Positions 37,864 to 48,334 are shown, counted from the stretch's first letter. The stretch is DNA of 64,000 nucleotides from Candidatus Gottesmanbacteria bacterium (GCA_043801155.1 JAZDMI010000021.1:66683-130682); one strand, 5' to 3'. Translations and numbers: made by a program. The notes: generated by a model not told the origin, from the letters alone.

Positions 37864-38790
37864 GTTAGAAGATTGAGGTGGTATTGGTGGTTGAACTGGT
37901 TGGGGAATACCGGTTGCCTCCTGATTATTTTTAATTGCCAGGAAAACGATAATTGCCAGAATTGCCATAACAATTGTTTGTAAGAAAGGGAATGAAATAT
38001 TTAAGCCAAATAGACCTAAAACTCCCCAGATTGTTGTAGGAATAATAATTAAATGCATGCTAATTTGATAACATTTTTTGTATGGTGTTGGTATAGACAA
38101 AATTTTACTTATTAAAAATGCAATTAAGGCAAAGAATAAAAGATAAAATAACTTTACTGATGGATAAAAAAGAAAAATACTAAAAAATATTATTATCGTT
38201 AAAACCGGGATAACAAAATTGGCAACTGTATTAATAAAAGGATTTATCTTAAATAAGGAGTTTTGTACTAATTGTCGATTAATTGTAATATCGGGAAAAT
38301 CTTTAAGTAGTAGTACTTTGTATCCTCCAGTATCATCATCATAGACCACTAAATTATTTTTTGTTAAAAGAGCTGCTGTTTGGTATTTTGGAAAATCTTC
38401 AACACTGGCTTTGGTATCAATTACCAATAGGTTTACGATTTTCGATGTCTGGGTTCCTAAAACTTTATCATTAGTGAAAATTTTTTCAACATCTTTTAGA
38501 GGCAGATAATATGGTTCGGGTACATTAGTTGAAGCTTGACCCTTGTTAATAGTAATTTGTAAGCTAGAGGGATAGATTTGCACCAACTTTGAAGGAATAA
38601 TTAATATTAAATTCTTTAATGGTAATAACTTTGGAATAATAACTACCGTACTGATTAATGCATATAAAAAGAAGAAAAAATAAAAAAATTTAAGGGAAAA
38701 TGAAAACCGCGCTTTTATAATATCAGTATAATAAAAGGGTGATGTAAGTGTTTTGGTTAAAACATAAAAGAAAGTCGATAATTTTCCCAT
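37858..38790 (-). CDS. Membrane protein (DUF1189-like)
   Basis: N- and C-terminal TM segments. Confidence 0.6.
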   Translation of the reverse strand: MGKLSTFFYVLTKTLTSPFYYTDIIKARFSFSLKFFYFFFFLYALISTVVIIPKLLPLKNLILIIPSKLVQIYPSSLQITINKGQASTNVPEPYYLPLKDVEKIFTNDKVLGTQTSKIVNLLVIDTKASVEDFPKYQTAALLTKNNLVVYDDDTGGYKVLLLKDFPDITINRQLVQNSLFKINPFINTVANFVIPVLTIIIFFSIFLFYPSVKLFYLLFFALIAFLISKILSIPTPYKKCYQISMHLIIIPTTIWGVLGLFGLNISFPFLQTIVMAILAIIVFLAIKNNQEATGIPQPVQPPIPPQSSNL

Positions 38791-38859
38791 AAGATTATTA
38801 TCTGAAAGTTATTTATTGGTGTCAAGTTTATAGAGGGAAAAATATTGTGTTAGCTATTC

Positions 38860-39660
38860 TTAGCGTAAACTCAACAGTTTGTCGGTTAGGGTATTTAAGG
38901 CTACTTGAACTAAAAACTCATCTCCTGAAGAAAATTCGCTTGTTGCAGTTTTCCAAAAACTATCATCAAACGCTCTTCCAACAAGTAGCGGAGTAGGTCT
39001 ATTCACAGTTTTCCCAACATTATTTCCAAAGATATAGTATTCTGTACTAATATCAGTAAACAATATTTGTCCTGCTTTTGGATATATCGAAAATATTTTT
39101 TCCATAGCAGCCCTTGTTTGTTTATCGGTTAGTCCACCTGTAATACCGGTAATTGAAAGTCTCGTGAATAAACCATCTGTTTCTTTAATTCCTAAAGCGT
39201 GTGCGATATCTGGCATATACCGTAATCCTTCTGGGGTAAATTGATCTAACTTTATTTTGTCAATTGGTAAAGGTGAAGATATCGGACCAGCCATGGCGCT
39301 CCTGGGGATATGTGTCAAACTTTTATTTGACTGGACAATTTGATAGATGCCCTCCTTGGCATAACCGATTTTATCTATTAAATCAAGAACATTTTGATTC
39401 TGTTCAATTAATCGGGGATAACACTTTACACTTTCCTCTCGAGGAACTACTTTAGACATAAAATCATGGCTAGAAGTCCACAGCAATGCTAGCCCATTGA
39501 CTTCATTTCTTATGGTTTCCCAACTATCGTCATTGAGAAGGTCCATCACCAAATGAGCAGAACATTCTAGTTCAGCCATCTCTTCCTTTTCTTTCTCTTG
39601 GGAAAGGAATCTTTCTACGGCTGTGATAAGTTCTAGATTATCATTCTCTGGATTTGACAT
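38860..39660 (-). CDS. Hypothetical protein
   Basis: 266-aa ORF. Confidence 0.65.
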   Translation of the reverse strand: MSNPENDNLELITAVERFLSQEKEKEEMAELECSAHLVMDLLNDDSWETIRNEVNGLALLWTSSHDFMSKVVPREESVKCYPRLIEQNQNVLDLIDKIGYAKEGIYQIVQSNKSLTHIPRSAMAGPISSPLPIDKIKLDQFTPEGLRYMPDIAHALGIKETDGLFTRLSITGITGGLTDKQTRAAMEKIFSIYPKAGQILFTDISTEYYIFGNNVGKTVNRPTPLLVGRAFDDSFWKTATSEFSSGDEFLVQVALNTLTDKLLSLR

Positions 39661-40038
39661 AAAAAGGATATTAATTAAATATAACTAGAAAGTCAATTTT
39701 ATTTTTTAAATTTGACAATATTTAATTAATGCTTGTCCGAGTTTTTTCCGGGATGAAGGTAGGTTTGGAGAGCGTGTAGGGAGTATGAAAATTTAAGAAG
39801 AAGGTGAATTAATCAATAATCTTCCGGTAAATATTAATCCTGTCAGCATCCAATACGCAAGGGCGATTAAGAATAATACAATTAGAAACTTAAAAAGAAC
39901 ATGTTTCATTGAGCCTAGATTTCCGAGGATTTTATATTTCCCTAACATTAAATATATTATTACACAAAACTTTATATGGCTCAAGGTTAGTGGGAACAGT
40001 AATTGATTTTATTCTCAAGGGGTGTTATAACTTATAAT

Positions 40039-40428
40039 ATGGCAAGAATTCTTCTAGTCGAAGATGATAAGGTTAACCGTGGTTTCTACGAAATGCTCCT
40101 GAAGCAAGAAGGACATACAGTTGAAATCGCCCTGAACGGTGAGGAAGGTTTATCGAAGATTCTTGAAGGCGGCTATGATTTGGTCTTATTAGATATTATT
40201 CTGCCTAAAAAGGATGGTCTGACGATCTTAAAAGAGTTAAAGAAGACTCCGCCTAAACAGCCTAATAAAAAAATAGTTATGCTTACCGCTATGGATCAGA
40301 ATGAGTTCATAAAAAGTGCGCTAAGTACAGGAGCGGATGGTTATTTAATGAAGGCAACGCTTAATCCAAACGATTTGCTGGGGGAGATTAGGGCTTTCCT
40401 TTCCCAGAATAATGTAAATCACCACTAA
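40039..40428 (+). CDS. Single-domain (CheY-like) response regulator
   Basis: LLVEDD, LLDIILP, MLT, YLMK. Confidence 0.9.
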   Translation: MARILLVEDDKVNRGFYEMLLKQEGHTVEIALNGEEGLSKILEGGYDLVLLDIILPKKDGLTILKELKKTPPKQPNKKIVMLTAMDQNEFIKSALSTGADGYLMKATLNPNDLLGEIRAFLSQNNVNHH

Positions 40429-40430
40429 AA

Positions 40431-42587
40431 CTATTTTTGTTTAACCAAGGGTAGAGAAAATATAAAAGTACTGCCTTTACCCCACTGTGATTTTACCCAG
40501 ATTTTGCCTCCGTGTAAGATGACGATCTGTTTAGCAATATAAAGGCCTAAACCAGTTCCGGAAGTTCCATGAAGTTGGAAGTTATCAAGACGACTGAATT
40601 TTTGGAAAAGTTGTTCTTGGTCTATTTCGCCAATACCAGGCCCAGTATCGCTTACCTGCACCTCAGCCATGTTGCCATTTATCCTTGTATGTATAGTAAC
40701 CTTACCGCCTGAAGGAGTAAATTTTAAGGCGTTACCGAGCAAATTTTCTATGACTTCCATAATTTTTGTTTTATCAATATTGACCATTAATGGTTTATTC
40801 TCATGACTTATTGATAATTGAATACGGTCCTCATAAGCTTTAATTTTTAGTTCTTTATATATTTGATCAGCTATAGAAGACAAATCAAGAGTAATCATAT
40901 TAAAAATTAATCTTTTACTTTTAATCCTGGAAACGGTTAAGAGATCTTGGACTAAACGAATAAGTCTATCTGTTGACTGTAAAGCAATATCCAGATACTC
41001 TCTTACCTTTGTATCTAATGGTGTTGGTGATCTATATAGGGCCATCCACAGGTAGCTTTTGACAGCGATCATTGGTGTTGTAAGGTCGTGGGAAGCAACT
41101 GACAGAAATTCATCTTTAAGTTTATCCAGTTCTTTTAATTTCTCATTAGCGTTTTGCAAATCGTTAGTAGCGTGTTTAACTTCATTTTGAAGAATAGTGC
41201 TAAACCGGCGAATTTCTTCATAAGCTAGGGAATTTTGGATCGCAATTGCCATTTGGGGAATTAAGATCTCAAAAAATTGTAAGTCTTCAAGTGAATAAAT
41301 ATCGCCTGACTCTTTTTCGCCAAGGATTAATAAACCAAGGGTTTCCTGTTTAACGATTAACGGTAAAATCAGATTAAAATTATTATGCCTTAAGATTTCT
41401 TTGATTTCTCCCTCTTCGATTTCTTCGATAACTATTAATTTACCGCCGTTTTTAGAAAAATTTACCAACCGGTCAATTTCCTGTTCGTCAAATTCCGGTG
41501 TCATTTTATAGCCGATTGTTTTTACCCAGGTAATATGTTTATCTTTAATTAATAAAAGCGAGCCCTGGGAAATTTTGACTTGTGAAAAAAGCTCGCTTAA
41601 AAGATTAGATGATAAATCTTCTAAGGAAATATAAGAAGCCATAATCCGTCCGAGTTTTCCTAAAAGCAGTTGCGCGTCATAATGGTTCTGATAAAAAATC
41701 CGGTCAGTCAATTTCTCTAATATATGCAGTAATGGTTGAAAGGTGAAAGCCACGATTAGAGCTAAGATTGTTGAAATCCAAAGTTCGGCAGTTGAAGTAT
41801 TGCCGATAAATAAATTGCCTAAGATAAAAAATCCGGCCGCATAAAAAACACCAATAATAAGAATCAATAATGAATAAGCTACACTCCGGGCTACGACTAA
41901 ACGAATATCCATGAGTCGGTGTTTAATAATCGCATAAGAGGTGAAGCCAACTAAAAAGGTGGCCGCAATTGGACTAAACCAAATAAATTGGGAGTTTTTT
42001 AGTAAAACCGGGAAAACAACATCAAGGATAATGGGGATTAAAGAGAAGAAAAACGCTCCAAAAAAAAGATAGCGTAATTGTGCCTTAGCCAATCCTCGTT
42101 CTCTTTTATAACTACGAAAAAAATTAAGTGTTGCCCATACAGCAAAAAATGAAATTATTAAACCATAGACTGGATAAACCGGTCCAAGTATTTGACGATG
42201 ACCCCATGTTTCAGCAACGACATCAACAAGAAATAACCTAGTGAAAATAATAATATAAGCAAAAGGAGTGGTGAAAAGACAATAAATAAATACTGGTAAA
42301 AGAAGCGACCGGGTCGTTTTCTGGGGAAAGATAAAAGAAAAAAAGAAAAACGAGGCAATTGTCAAGATGACGATTATATAGACAAATTTTAACCAACTGT
42401 AACTTGAGAGGTAAAAAGGATTTTCGTAAAAAAAGAGTCCTATTGCCCAAATAGCAGAGAAGCCCGCTAATAAAGAAAAGGTAATATTAACAGAATTATT
42501 ACGGCTTCTATTATAGACTAATAAGCCTAAGAATAAATTACAAATAATACCTATCCAAACAATAATGCCTAGGGCAAGATTAATCAC
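40431..42587 (-). CDS. Multi-TM sensor histidine kinase with GAF domain
   Basis: About 9 TM, GAF-like region, ASHDLTTP, GTGLGL. Confidence 0.92.
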   Translation of the reverse strand: MINLALGIIVWIGIICNLFLGLLVYNRSRNNSVNITFSLLAGFSAIWAIGLFFYENPFYLSSYSWLKFVYIIVILTIASFFFFSFIFPQKTTRSLLLPVFIYCLFTTPFAYIIIFTRLFLVDVVAETWGHRQILGPVYPVYGLIISFFAVWATLNFFRSYKRERGLAKAQLRYLFFGAFFFSLIPIILDVVFPVLLKNSQFIWFSPIAATFLVGFTSYAIIKHRLMDIRLVVARSVAYSLLILIIGVFYAAGFFILGNLFIGNTSTAELWISTILALIVAFTFQPLLHILEKLTDRIFYQNHYDAQLLLGKLGRIMASYISLEDLSSNLLSELFSQVKISQGSLLLIKDKHITWVKTIGYKMTPEFDEQEIDRLVNFSKNGGKLIVIEEIEEGEIKEILRHNNFNLILPLIVKQETLGLLILGEKESGDIYSLEDLQFFEILIPQMAIAIQNSLAYEEIRRFSTILQNEVKHATNDLQNANEKLKELDKLKDEFLSVASHDLTTPMIAVKSYLWMALYRSPTPLDTKVREYLDIALQSTDRLIRLVQDLLTVSRIKSKRLIFNMITLDLSSIADQIYKELKIKAYEDRIQLSISHENKPLMVNIDKTKIMEVIENLLGNALKFTPSGGKVTIHTRINGNMAEVQVSDTGPGIGEIDQEQLFQKFSRLDNFQLHGTSGTGLGLYIAKQIVILHGGKIWVKSQWGKGSTFIFSLPLVKQK

Positions 42588-42606
42588 AATTGTTTTTTCC
42601 CACCTA

Positions 42607-43482
42607 TTATTCTTTTACGGCGAATACCTGTTTCATCTTAGGGGTCCAGATAATAACGTGCTCTTTAGCTAGATGCGCTGTAAACTGGGACATATCGCTT
42701 TGGAATTCTTCGGTAGATATAATTCCCATTTGAATCATACCCTGTCCCACTCTTTGCAATAGCTGAATGTGGGATCCCTTAAACTCTGGATGTCCTTCGC
42801 TACTAACTGAATATTCCCACGGTCTTTGCGTATCCGGTTGTCGAATTTTTAATCCTGCGTTTTTGCAAAGTGCTTCCAAACAACTGGCCATATCTTCTGG
42901 CATTTCTGTTCTTTTATACATTAACCCAAATTTTGCTCTTAAGTTTTGAAAAGCCGGACACGTCGGTTCAAGTTGCCAGGTAGGATCAATATTGAAAAAA
43001 TCTTCAAAAAGACATGCTCCTCCCGGTTTTAATACTTGTACACAGTGTTCCATTATGGAAGATTGTTTGTTTGGATGAATGTGTTGCCAGAGAACCCGAG
43101 CGGCAATCAAGTCAACCGAAGACGGATCTATATACTTTTCTAAATTTGCCACGTCATCTCCTATAAGTCTGACGTTACCATTAGGACTAAATTGTCGTCG
43201 GGCAACCTCAAGCATCTGCGGGTTTTGGTCAACCCCGATGATTTCTGCCGCGTCCATTTTTTGGTAGATTGAAATTTCTGTTCCTGGTCCCATCCCCATG
43301 ATAACTACTTTTTTCCCAGTTAGATTCAAACCTACTTCTTTTAAGACTGCTTCTGTATGGGGATTAAAAAGATCCGCAAAAGTAAGTAGTCTTGCTGCCT
43401 CTTTTTGAACACTGTCTAAAGTGGTGTCTTTTACACCTAAATAGGTCGGCGGTTGAGAAGACTTTTGTTCTTCCTTTCCCAT
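42607..43482 (-). CDS. Class I SAM methyltransferase
   Basis: MGMGPG, GVDQNPQML, VLKPGG; SD AAGGAGG. Confidence 0.85.
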   Translation of the reverse strand: MGKEEQKSSQPPTYLGVKDTTLDSVQKEAARLLTFADLFNPHTEAVLKEVGLNLTGKKVVIMGMGPGTEISIYQKMDAAEIIGVDQNPQMLEVARRQFSPNGNVRLIGDDVANLEKYIDPSSVDLIAARVLWQHIHPNKQSSIMEHCVQVLKPGGACLFEDFFNIDPTWQLEPTCPAFQNLRAKFGLMYKRTEMPEDMASCLEALCKNAGLKIRQPDTQRPWEYSVSSEGHPEFKGSHIQLLQRVGQGMIQMGIISTEEFQSDMSQFTAHLAKEHVIIWTPKMKQVFAVKE

Positions 43483-43602
43483 TTTTCCTCCTTACTGGAC
43501 AAATGTCTTATTGTTACCAATTTATAGATTTATCGTGAAAAAAGCAAGAGGGTGAAGTTTTAATTTTAGCTCCTTTTCAAATTTTAGTTCCTGATTTATA
43601 TC

Positions 43603-43789
43603 TGTTATTAAAAGCTTCAAAAAAACCGTCGACTGTGTTGACGGATGAATTGAAGCTGTAAGCTTCCGCCTAGCGGAAGCTTTAACTTGCTTTATCCTTC
43701 TTCCGCTAAAGCGGAATTCGGTAAAGCGTTATAAAACATCTTCCCTTAAGGGCGTTAGCTTTAGACTTTTGTCTAAAGAAGATGTTATT
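43603..43789 (-). mobile_element. 180-nt composite hairpin element (B + TCCGC hairpins + A) bounded by AATAACA
   Basis: Same architecture as 19229-19343 with compensatory stem changes. Confidence 0.75.
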
Positions 43790-43871
43790 ATTTAATTAAT
43801 ACTGATAAGAGTTTTTTCTAGGGTATCCCAAAATATATATAAATTGTAGAATAATTTTTTAATAAATAAAT

Positions 43872-44279
43872 TTACCAAGACGAAGACCGGGGATCAATAA
43901 AATTTCTTAAGAAGACTAATATTAAAAAAAGTATGATGGGTATTATTAATATAAAGATATTTAATCTAATTAACTTATCATAATTTATGCAATGGATTCT
44001 ATCTTTTACAATCTTCATAAAACCAAAGAGATAAATTAAGGGTATAAGAAGAAAAATTAAAGAAGCAGTTGTATCTAACAGATTTCCCAAAGTATATGTA
44101 TAACTTTGATTAATTATTATCCATCGTCCAAGACCAGTAAGTACCCATAATAAGAACAGCAATCCATAAGAAAAACGAACTCTAATAATTAAAGAGAAGA
44201 AAAACAATAGCAATAATATTGCAATAAATATTAATAAAAATTGTAAGATATCTAGAATAATTGATTTTAAAGAAGGCAT
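43872..44279 (-). CDS. Hypothetical membrane protein
   Basis: 4 hydrophobic segments, very AT-rich. Confidence 0.55.
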   Translation of the reverse strand: MPSLKSIILDILQFLLIFIAILLLLFFFSLIIRVRFSYGLLFLLWVLTGLGRWIIINQSYTYTLGNLLDTTASLIFLLIPLIYLFGFMKIVKDRIHCINYDKLIRLNIFILIIPIILFLILVFLRNFIDPRSSSW

Positions 44280-44367
44280 ATATCGAAATTTCTATAATTA
44301 ATTTTACCAATTAATTTTAATCAATTCAAATTTTAATCTTACATATTTATCTGTTATTATTAATTCA

Positions 44368-45906
44368 ATGCTTGCAAAAGTTTTCTCCGGAGCGACGGTA
44401 GGATTGGAATCAGTCCCTATTGAAGTCGAAGTCGATGTTGCTAGTCAAGGTCTTCCTAGTCTAACTATAGTTGGTCTTCCGGACAAGGCAGTCGAGGAAG
44501 CAAAGGAAAGAGTTAGAAGTGCGATAAAAAACTCCGGTGCTGATTTTCCTCCTAAACGAATTACTATTAATTTAGCTCCGGCTGACTTACCCAAAGAAGG
44601 ACCGGGTTTTGACTTACCGATTGCTTTGGGAATTCTAATGGCTTCCGGTCAGTTAAATGCGGATATAAGCAAAACCTTGGTTTTGGGTGAGCTTTCGCTT
44701 GATGGATCTCTTCGCCATACAAACGGCGTATTACCTTTAGCAATTTTAGCTAAAGACAAGAAATTCAAAAATTTATTCTTACCGGCAATTAATGCTCGGG
44801 AAGCAGCTGTAATAAATAGCATTAATATATATCCGGTTAACTCACTTCTGCAATTATTTAATCACTTAATGGGCAATGAAGAAATAAAACTTCAATCTCA
44901 TATTTCCTTTGCCAAATTGAGAAGCCAGTATTTAGCAGAATTTGATTTTTGCGATATTAAAGGCCAAGAACATATAAAGAGGGCTTTGGAAGTGGCTGCC
45001 GCCGGCGGCCATAATGTTTTTATGCGTGGCGTTCCAGGTGCCGGGAAAACGATGTTATCCCGAGCATTACCGGGAATTCTTCCGGACTTAACCGAACAAG
45101 AAGCTTTGGAAGTAACCAAAATATATTCGATCACCGGTAATTTGCCGGCAGGGGAATCAATTATCAAAACCCGTCCTTTCCGAGCTCCTCATCATACGAC
45201 TTCCAGAAATGGTTTAATCGGCGGAGGTACTCACCCGGCCCCCGGAGAAATTTCTTTAGCTCACCGGGGAATTTTATTTTTGGATGAGTTTCCTGAATTT
45301 CCTAGGTCAGTACTGGAAGCATTAAGACAACCGATGGAAGATGGTTTAGTTACGATTTCCCGCGCCGCCGGACAAGTAATTTTTCCGGCTAAATTTCTTT
45401 TAGTGGCTGCCTCAAATCCATGTCCTTGCGGATATTTAGGCGATCCAGTTAAACCATGTATTTGTTTACCTGGTAGAGTTATTCAATACCAAAAAAGGAT
45501 TTCCGGACCAATTATTGATAGAATTGATATTCATTTAGACGTACCGGCGGTGAAAGTAGACAAGTTAGCAGTAAATGGAGAGAGAATAGCTGATAGTGAA
45601 GATTCGAAAACAATCAAAAAACGGGTACAAAAAGCCAGAGACATACAAATAAAGAGATTTAAAAAGATAAATATTTTCAGTAATGCCGAGATGTCTTCAA
45701 AAGATGTTAAAGAATTTTGCCAGCTATCAACTGATTGTTTAAATTTATTACGGCAGGCGGTTGTCCAAATGAATTTATCAGCCAGGAGTTATTATCGTAT
45801 TATTAAAGTCGCTAGAACAATTGCCGATTTATCCGGCGAAGAAAAAATCAATCCAAGTCATATAGCCGAAGCTTTACAGTATCGGCCTAAAGACCAAAAT
45901 ATATAA
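44368..45906 (+). CDS. comM: YifB/ComM Mg-chelatase-like AAA ATPase
   Basis: INLAPADLPKEG, GAGKTML, RAPHHT, LFLDEFPEF. Confidence 0.93.
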   Translation: MLAKVFSGATVGLESVPIEVEVDVASQGLPSLTIVGLPDKAVEEAKERVRSAIKNSGADFPPKRITINLAPADLPKEGPGFDLPIALGILMASGQLNADISKTLVLGELSLDGSLRHTNGVLPLAILAKDKKFKNLFLPAINAREAAVINSINIYPVNSLLQLFNHLMGNEEIKLQSHISFAKLRSQYLAEFDFCDIKGQEHIKRALEVAAAGGHNVFMRGVPGAGKTMLSRALPGILPDLTEQEALEVTKIYSITGNLPAGESIIKTRPFRAPHHTTSRNGLIGGGTHPAPGEISLAHRGILFLDEFPEFPRSVLEALRQPMEDGLVTISRAAGQVIFPAKFLLVAASNPCPCGYLGDPVKPCICLPGRVIQYQKRISGPIIDRIDIHLDVPAVKVDKLAVNGERIADSEDSKTIKKRVQKARDIQIKRFKKINIFSNAEMSSKDVKEFCQLSTDCLNLLRQAVVQMNLSARSYYRIIKVARTIADLSGEEKINPSHIAEALQYRPKDQNI

Positions 45907-45954
45907 AATGATACCTTAATATATGATATATTAATATATCATATACAAGTAGAT

Positions 45955-46818
45955 ATGAATATTCAGATAGGAATAATTGCTGGGTTAGTCTGCATGTTAA
46001 GTTGGGGAACAGCTGATTTTTTTGCTGTCATTGCCTCAAGAAAAATTGGTCATTTAAAAACTTTATTTTGGGTATATTCAATTGCCGTTATTCTAGGTTT
46101 AATTTATTCTTTATTTAATCCCCAAAATCTTAATATCTCAATTAATGGATTAATTATTCTTATATTAGTTGGTTTCTTACAAGCAACGGCGTTAATGTTT
46201 TTTTATAAAGGATTAGAAATTGGTACAGTTTCTGTTGTTAGTCCAATTGCATCATCGTACTCATTAATAGTCGTTTTACTCGGACTATTAATTTTAAAAG
46301 AACAGTTAAATTTAACTCAAATAATTTCTATCAGTTTAATTATTGTTGGGGTTCCTTTAGTTTCTATCAATATAAGTGAAATTAAAAAAATAGGGAATAA
46401 AATTTTTAAAAAGGGAACGAAAGAAAGTTTTATTGCCATGATATCTTGGGGATTCTCATATTTTTTTCTGGCTCCAGTTATCAAAGAAAATAGTTGGTTT
46501 TGGGCGACGATAATCTCTATGATTTTTATAATTCTCTTTTTATTTATATATGGAATAGTTTTTAAGATAAACTTTTTTAAAGATATTCAAAACGCAATAT
46601 TTCCTATTTTTTCCGACGGGCTATGTACTATTGTTGGTTACCTTGCATATTCCTATGGAGTATTGTATTCACTAGTCTCATTAGTAACTCCGATCTCAAC
46701 AATTTTTCCGGTGGTTACTATTATTTTGGCTATTATTTTCTTTAAGGAAAAATTATTCTGGAATCAAGTATTTGGAATTGCCTGTATTATTGGAGGATTA
46801 GTCTTGTTAAGTATATGA
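45955..46818 (+). CDS. EamA/DMT family transporter
   Basis: About 10 TM in two EamA repeats (LKE, FKE). Confidence 0.88.
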   Translation: MNIQIGIIAGLVCMLSWGTADFFAVIASRKIGHLKTLFWVYSIAVILGLIYSLFNPQNLNISINGLIILILVGFLQATALMFFYKGLEIGTVSVVSPIASSYSLIVVLLGLLILKEQLNLTQIISISLIIVGVPLVSINISEIKKIGNKIFKKGTKESFIAMISWGFSYFFLAPVIKENSWFWATIISMIFIILFLFIYGIVFKINFFKDIQNAIFPIFSDGLCTIVGYLAYSYGVLYSLVSLVTPISTIFPVVTIILAIIFFKEKLFWNQVFGIACIIGGLVLLSI

Positions 46819-47240
46819 TACTTTCTTTTACTAAAAAAATTCCTTGGCAAGTTTCGTTTTTTATTCCTCTTTTCATTTACTCAATATTCTTTTTAGCTAT
46901 ATTTAATACTCGATGTATGATTGATTGGCTTACGGGGGCTTCGGCATTTTGTGAAGCCGGGAAAATATTAATGTATATTTATTTCGGGTTATTTTTAATC
47001 TCACATTTTTTAATCATTTCTTTAGTATTGTTTAAAAATAGAAAATATTTAAAGAACAGTGATAAAAAAATAAAATTAAATGATAGTATATTTGTTCTGG
47101 CAATGGCTTTTGTGATGTTGCCTATATACTTTATTGCTTGGCTTTCATTTTATAATTCGTTTTCAGTTATTTTTAGTATTTTGGGTCCGACTGGGTTCTT
47201 TATCGGATTTTTATTTTCAAATATTATTAATAGTTTTTAA
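46815..47240 (+). CDS. Hypothetical membrane protein
   Basis: Hydrophobic ORF coupled to the EamA gene. Confidence 0.55.
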   Translation: MILSFTKKIPWQVSFFIPLFIYSIFFLAIFNTRCMIDWLTGASAFCEAGKILMYIYFGLFLISHFLIISLVLFKNRKYLKNSDKKIKLNDSIFVLAMAFVMLPIYFIAWLSFYNSFSVIFSILGPTGFFIGFLFSNIINSF

Positions 47241-47297
47241 CATTGCTAAATAAATAGGGTAGTGTGCAAACTTGATATAAATCATTGACGCAAAATT

Positions 47298-47621
47298 ATG
47301 AGTAAAATTATTTTTAAATTTGCTTCCGAATTAACAGTCAATGAAATCAGAGAAATAAATTTAGCAACTCGACGAGAATTCCAAGAACCCTTTACAAAAG
47401 CAGTCAAGCACGAAGCCCAAAAACGTATATTTTTTTTATTAAAAGATAAAAATGGCCATATGATATCTATGGGACTGTTGGTGACCATTGAACCTATTCA
47501 GTTTATAGGGCAGGCGTTTTCCATACTCGGCATAGGAGGTATAGTTTCAAATGATCGTTTAATAGAGAAAGTTTTTACAAATCCATCAGAAGAAATTATT
47601 TTACCAGGACTAGCAAATTAG
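47298..47621 (+). pseudogene. Probable GNAT acetyltransferase remnant
   Basis: ILGIGGIVS strand not followed by the acetyl-CoA loop; ORF short. Confidence 0.35.
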
Positions 47622-47635
47622 TAGTTTGAAGTCCT

Positions 47636-47685
47636 AAAACCCGATCTTAAGAAACGCCTATTGGCGAAACCAAGATCGGGTTTTT
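47636..47685. terminator. Bidirectional terminator-like hairpin
   Basis: AAAACCCGATCTT...AAGATCGGGTTTT between convergent genes. Confidence 0.7.
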
Positions 47686-47720
47686 AAATTTCTATAATAG
47701 AAATTCGTCAGCTGACGAAT

Positions 47721-47864
47721 TTAGGCTGCACCAATCTTATACATTCCGGTGCCACAAACTGGACATTTTCCCTTCAATGCTGGTTTACCGTTTTTCATTG
47801 TGACTGGTTGAGCATTGGGATCATCTCTTTTTGCACGACACTTTACACAATACATTGTTGCCAT
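47721..47864 (-). CDS. 47-aa Zn-ribbon protein (DUF5679-like; not in ORF track)
   Basis: MATMYCVKCRAK...KGKCPVCGTGMYKIG; SD AAGGAGGTGA. Confidence 0.88.
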   Translation of the reverse strand: MATMYCVKCRAKRDDPNAQPVTMKNGKPALKGKCPVCGTGMYKIGAA

Positions 47865-47929
47865 ATTCTTAATTCACCTCCTTTTATATGGGATAAAACC
47901 TAAAGGTTTTTTCCCAACGATTTTCCCTA

Positions 47930-48223
47930 TTAACGTAAGAGCCAATATACTACAAGTTCAAAACCGATTGCAAGTCCGGCTAATAAAAATGTTTTTCTTA
48001 AGTCTTTAATAATATACGAAGTTGATTGATGGTTGATCGGTTGCGGCGGTGTGTATGTACGATTAATCGATGGCAGATGGTAATTAGTCGTAAGTTTGTC
48101 TTCAGTATATGTCTTTCCCGTTTCACTTAATATAATCGTAGAATTTTCCTGGCTTGGCTGATTTAACTCTAATTTACGTCGTAGTTCAGTAATAATTTTT
48201 TCCTTTTTCGTTTTTTTAGGCAT
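47930..48223 (-). CDS. Small protein with C-terminal TM
   Basis: MPKKTKKEKI...YIIKDLRKT + TM. Confidence 0.7.
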   Translation of the reverse strand: MPKKTKKEKIITELRRKLELNQPSQENSTIILSETGKTYTEDKLTTNYHLPSINRTYTPPQPINHQSTSYIIKDLRKTFLLAGLAIGFELVVYWLLR

Positions 48224-48270
48224 GAGCAAGGTATAGCACAGATTGAAGCTGGAAGTCAAGAGAAGTTTAA

Positions 48271-48322
48271 TCAACCCTGAAGTATCCGAAGGGTTGACAA
48301 AATTTTTATAAATACATACAAT
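48271..48322 (+). promoter_or_regulatory. REP-like hairpin overlapping promoter TTGACA-17-TACAAT
   Basis: TCAACCCTGAAGTATCCGAAGGGTTGA; -35 at 48294-99, -10 at 48317-22. Confidence 0.65.
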
Positions 48323-48334
48323 GGTTGAGCAACG

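Noticed and set aside
39731-39984. Purine-rich tract and 63-aa ORF
   Set aside because: No motif, structure or second copy found; cannot support a call.
47815-48009. Plus-strand ORF 47815-48009
   Set aside because: Antisense to the Zn-ribbon gene and the adjacent TM-protein gene.
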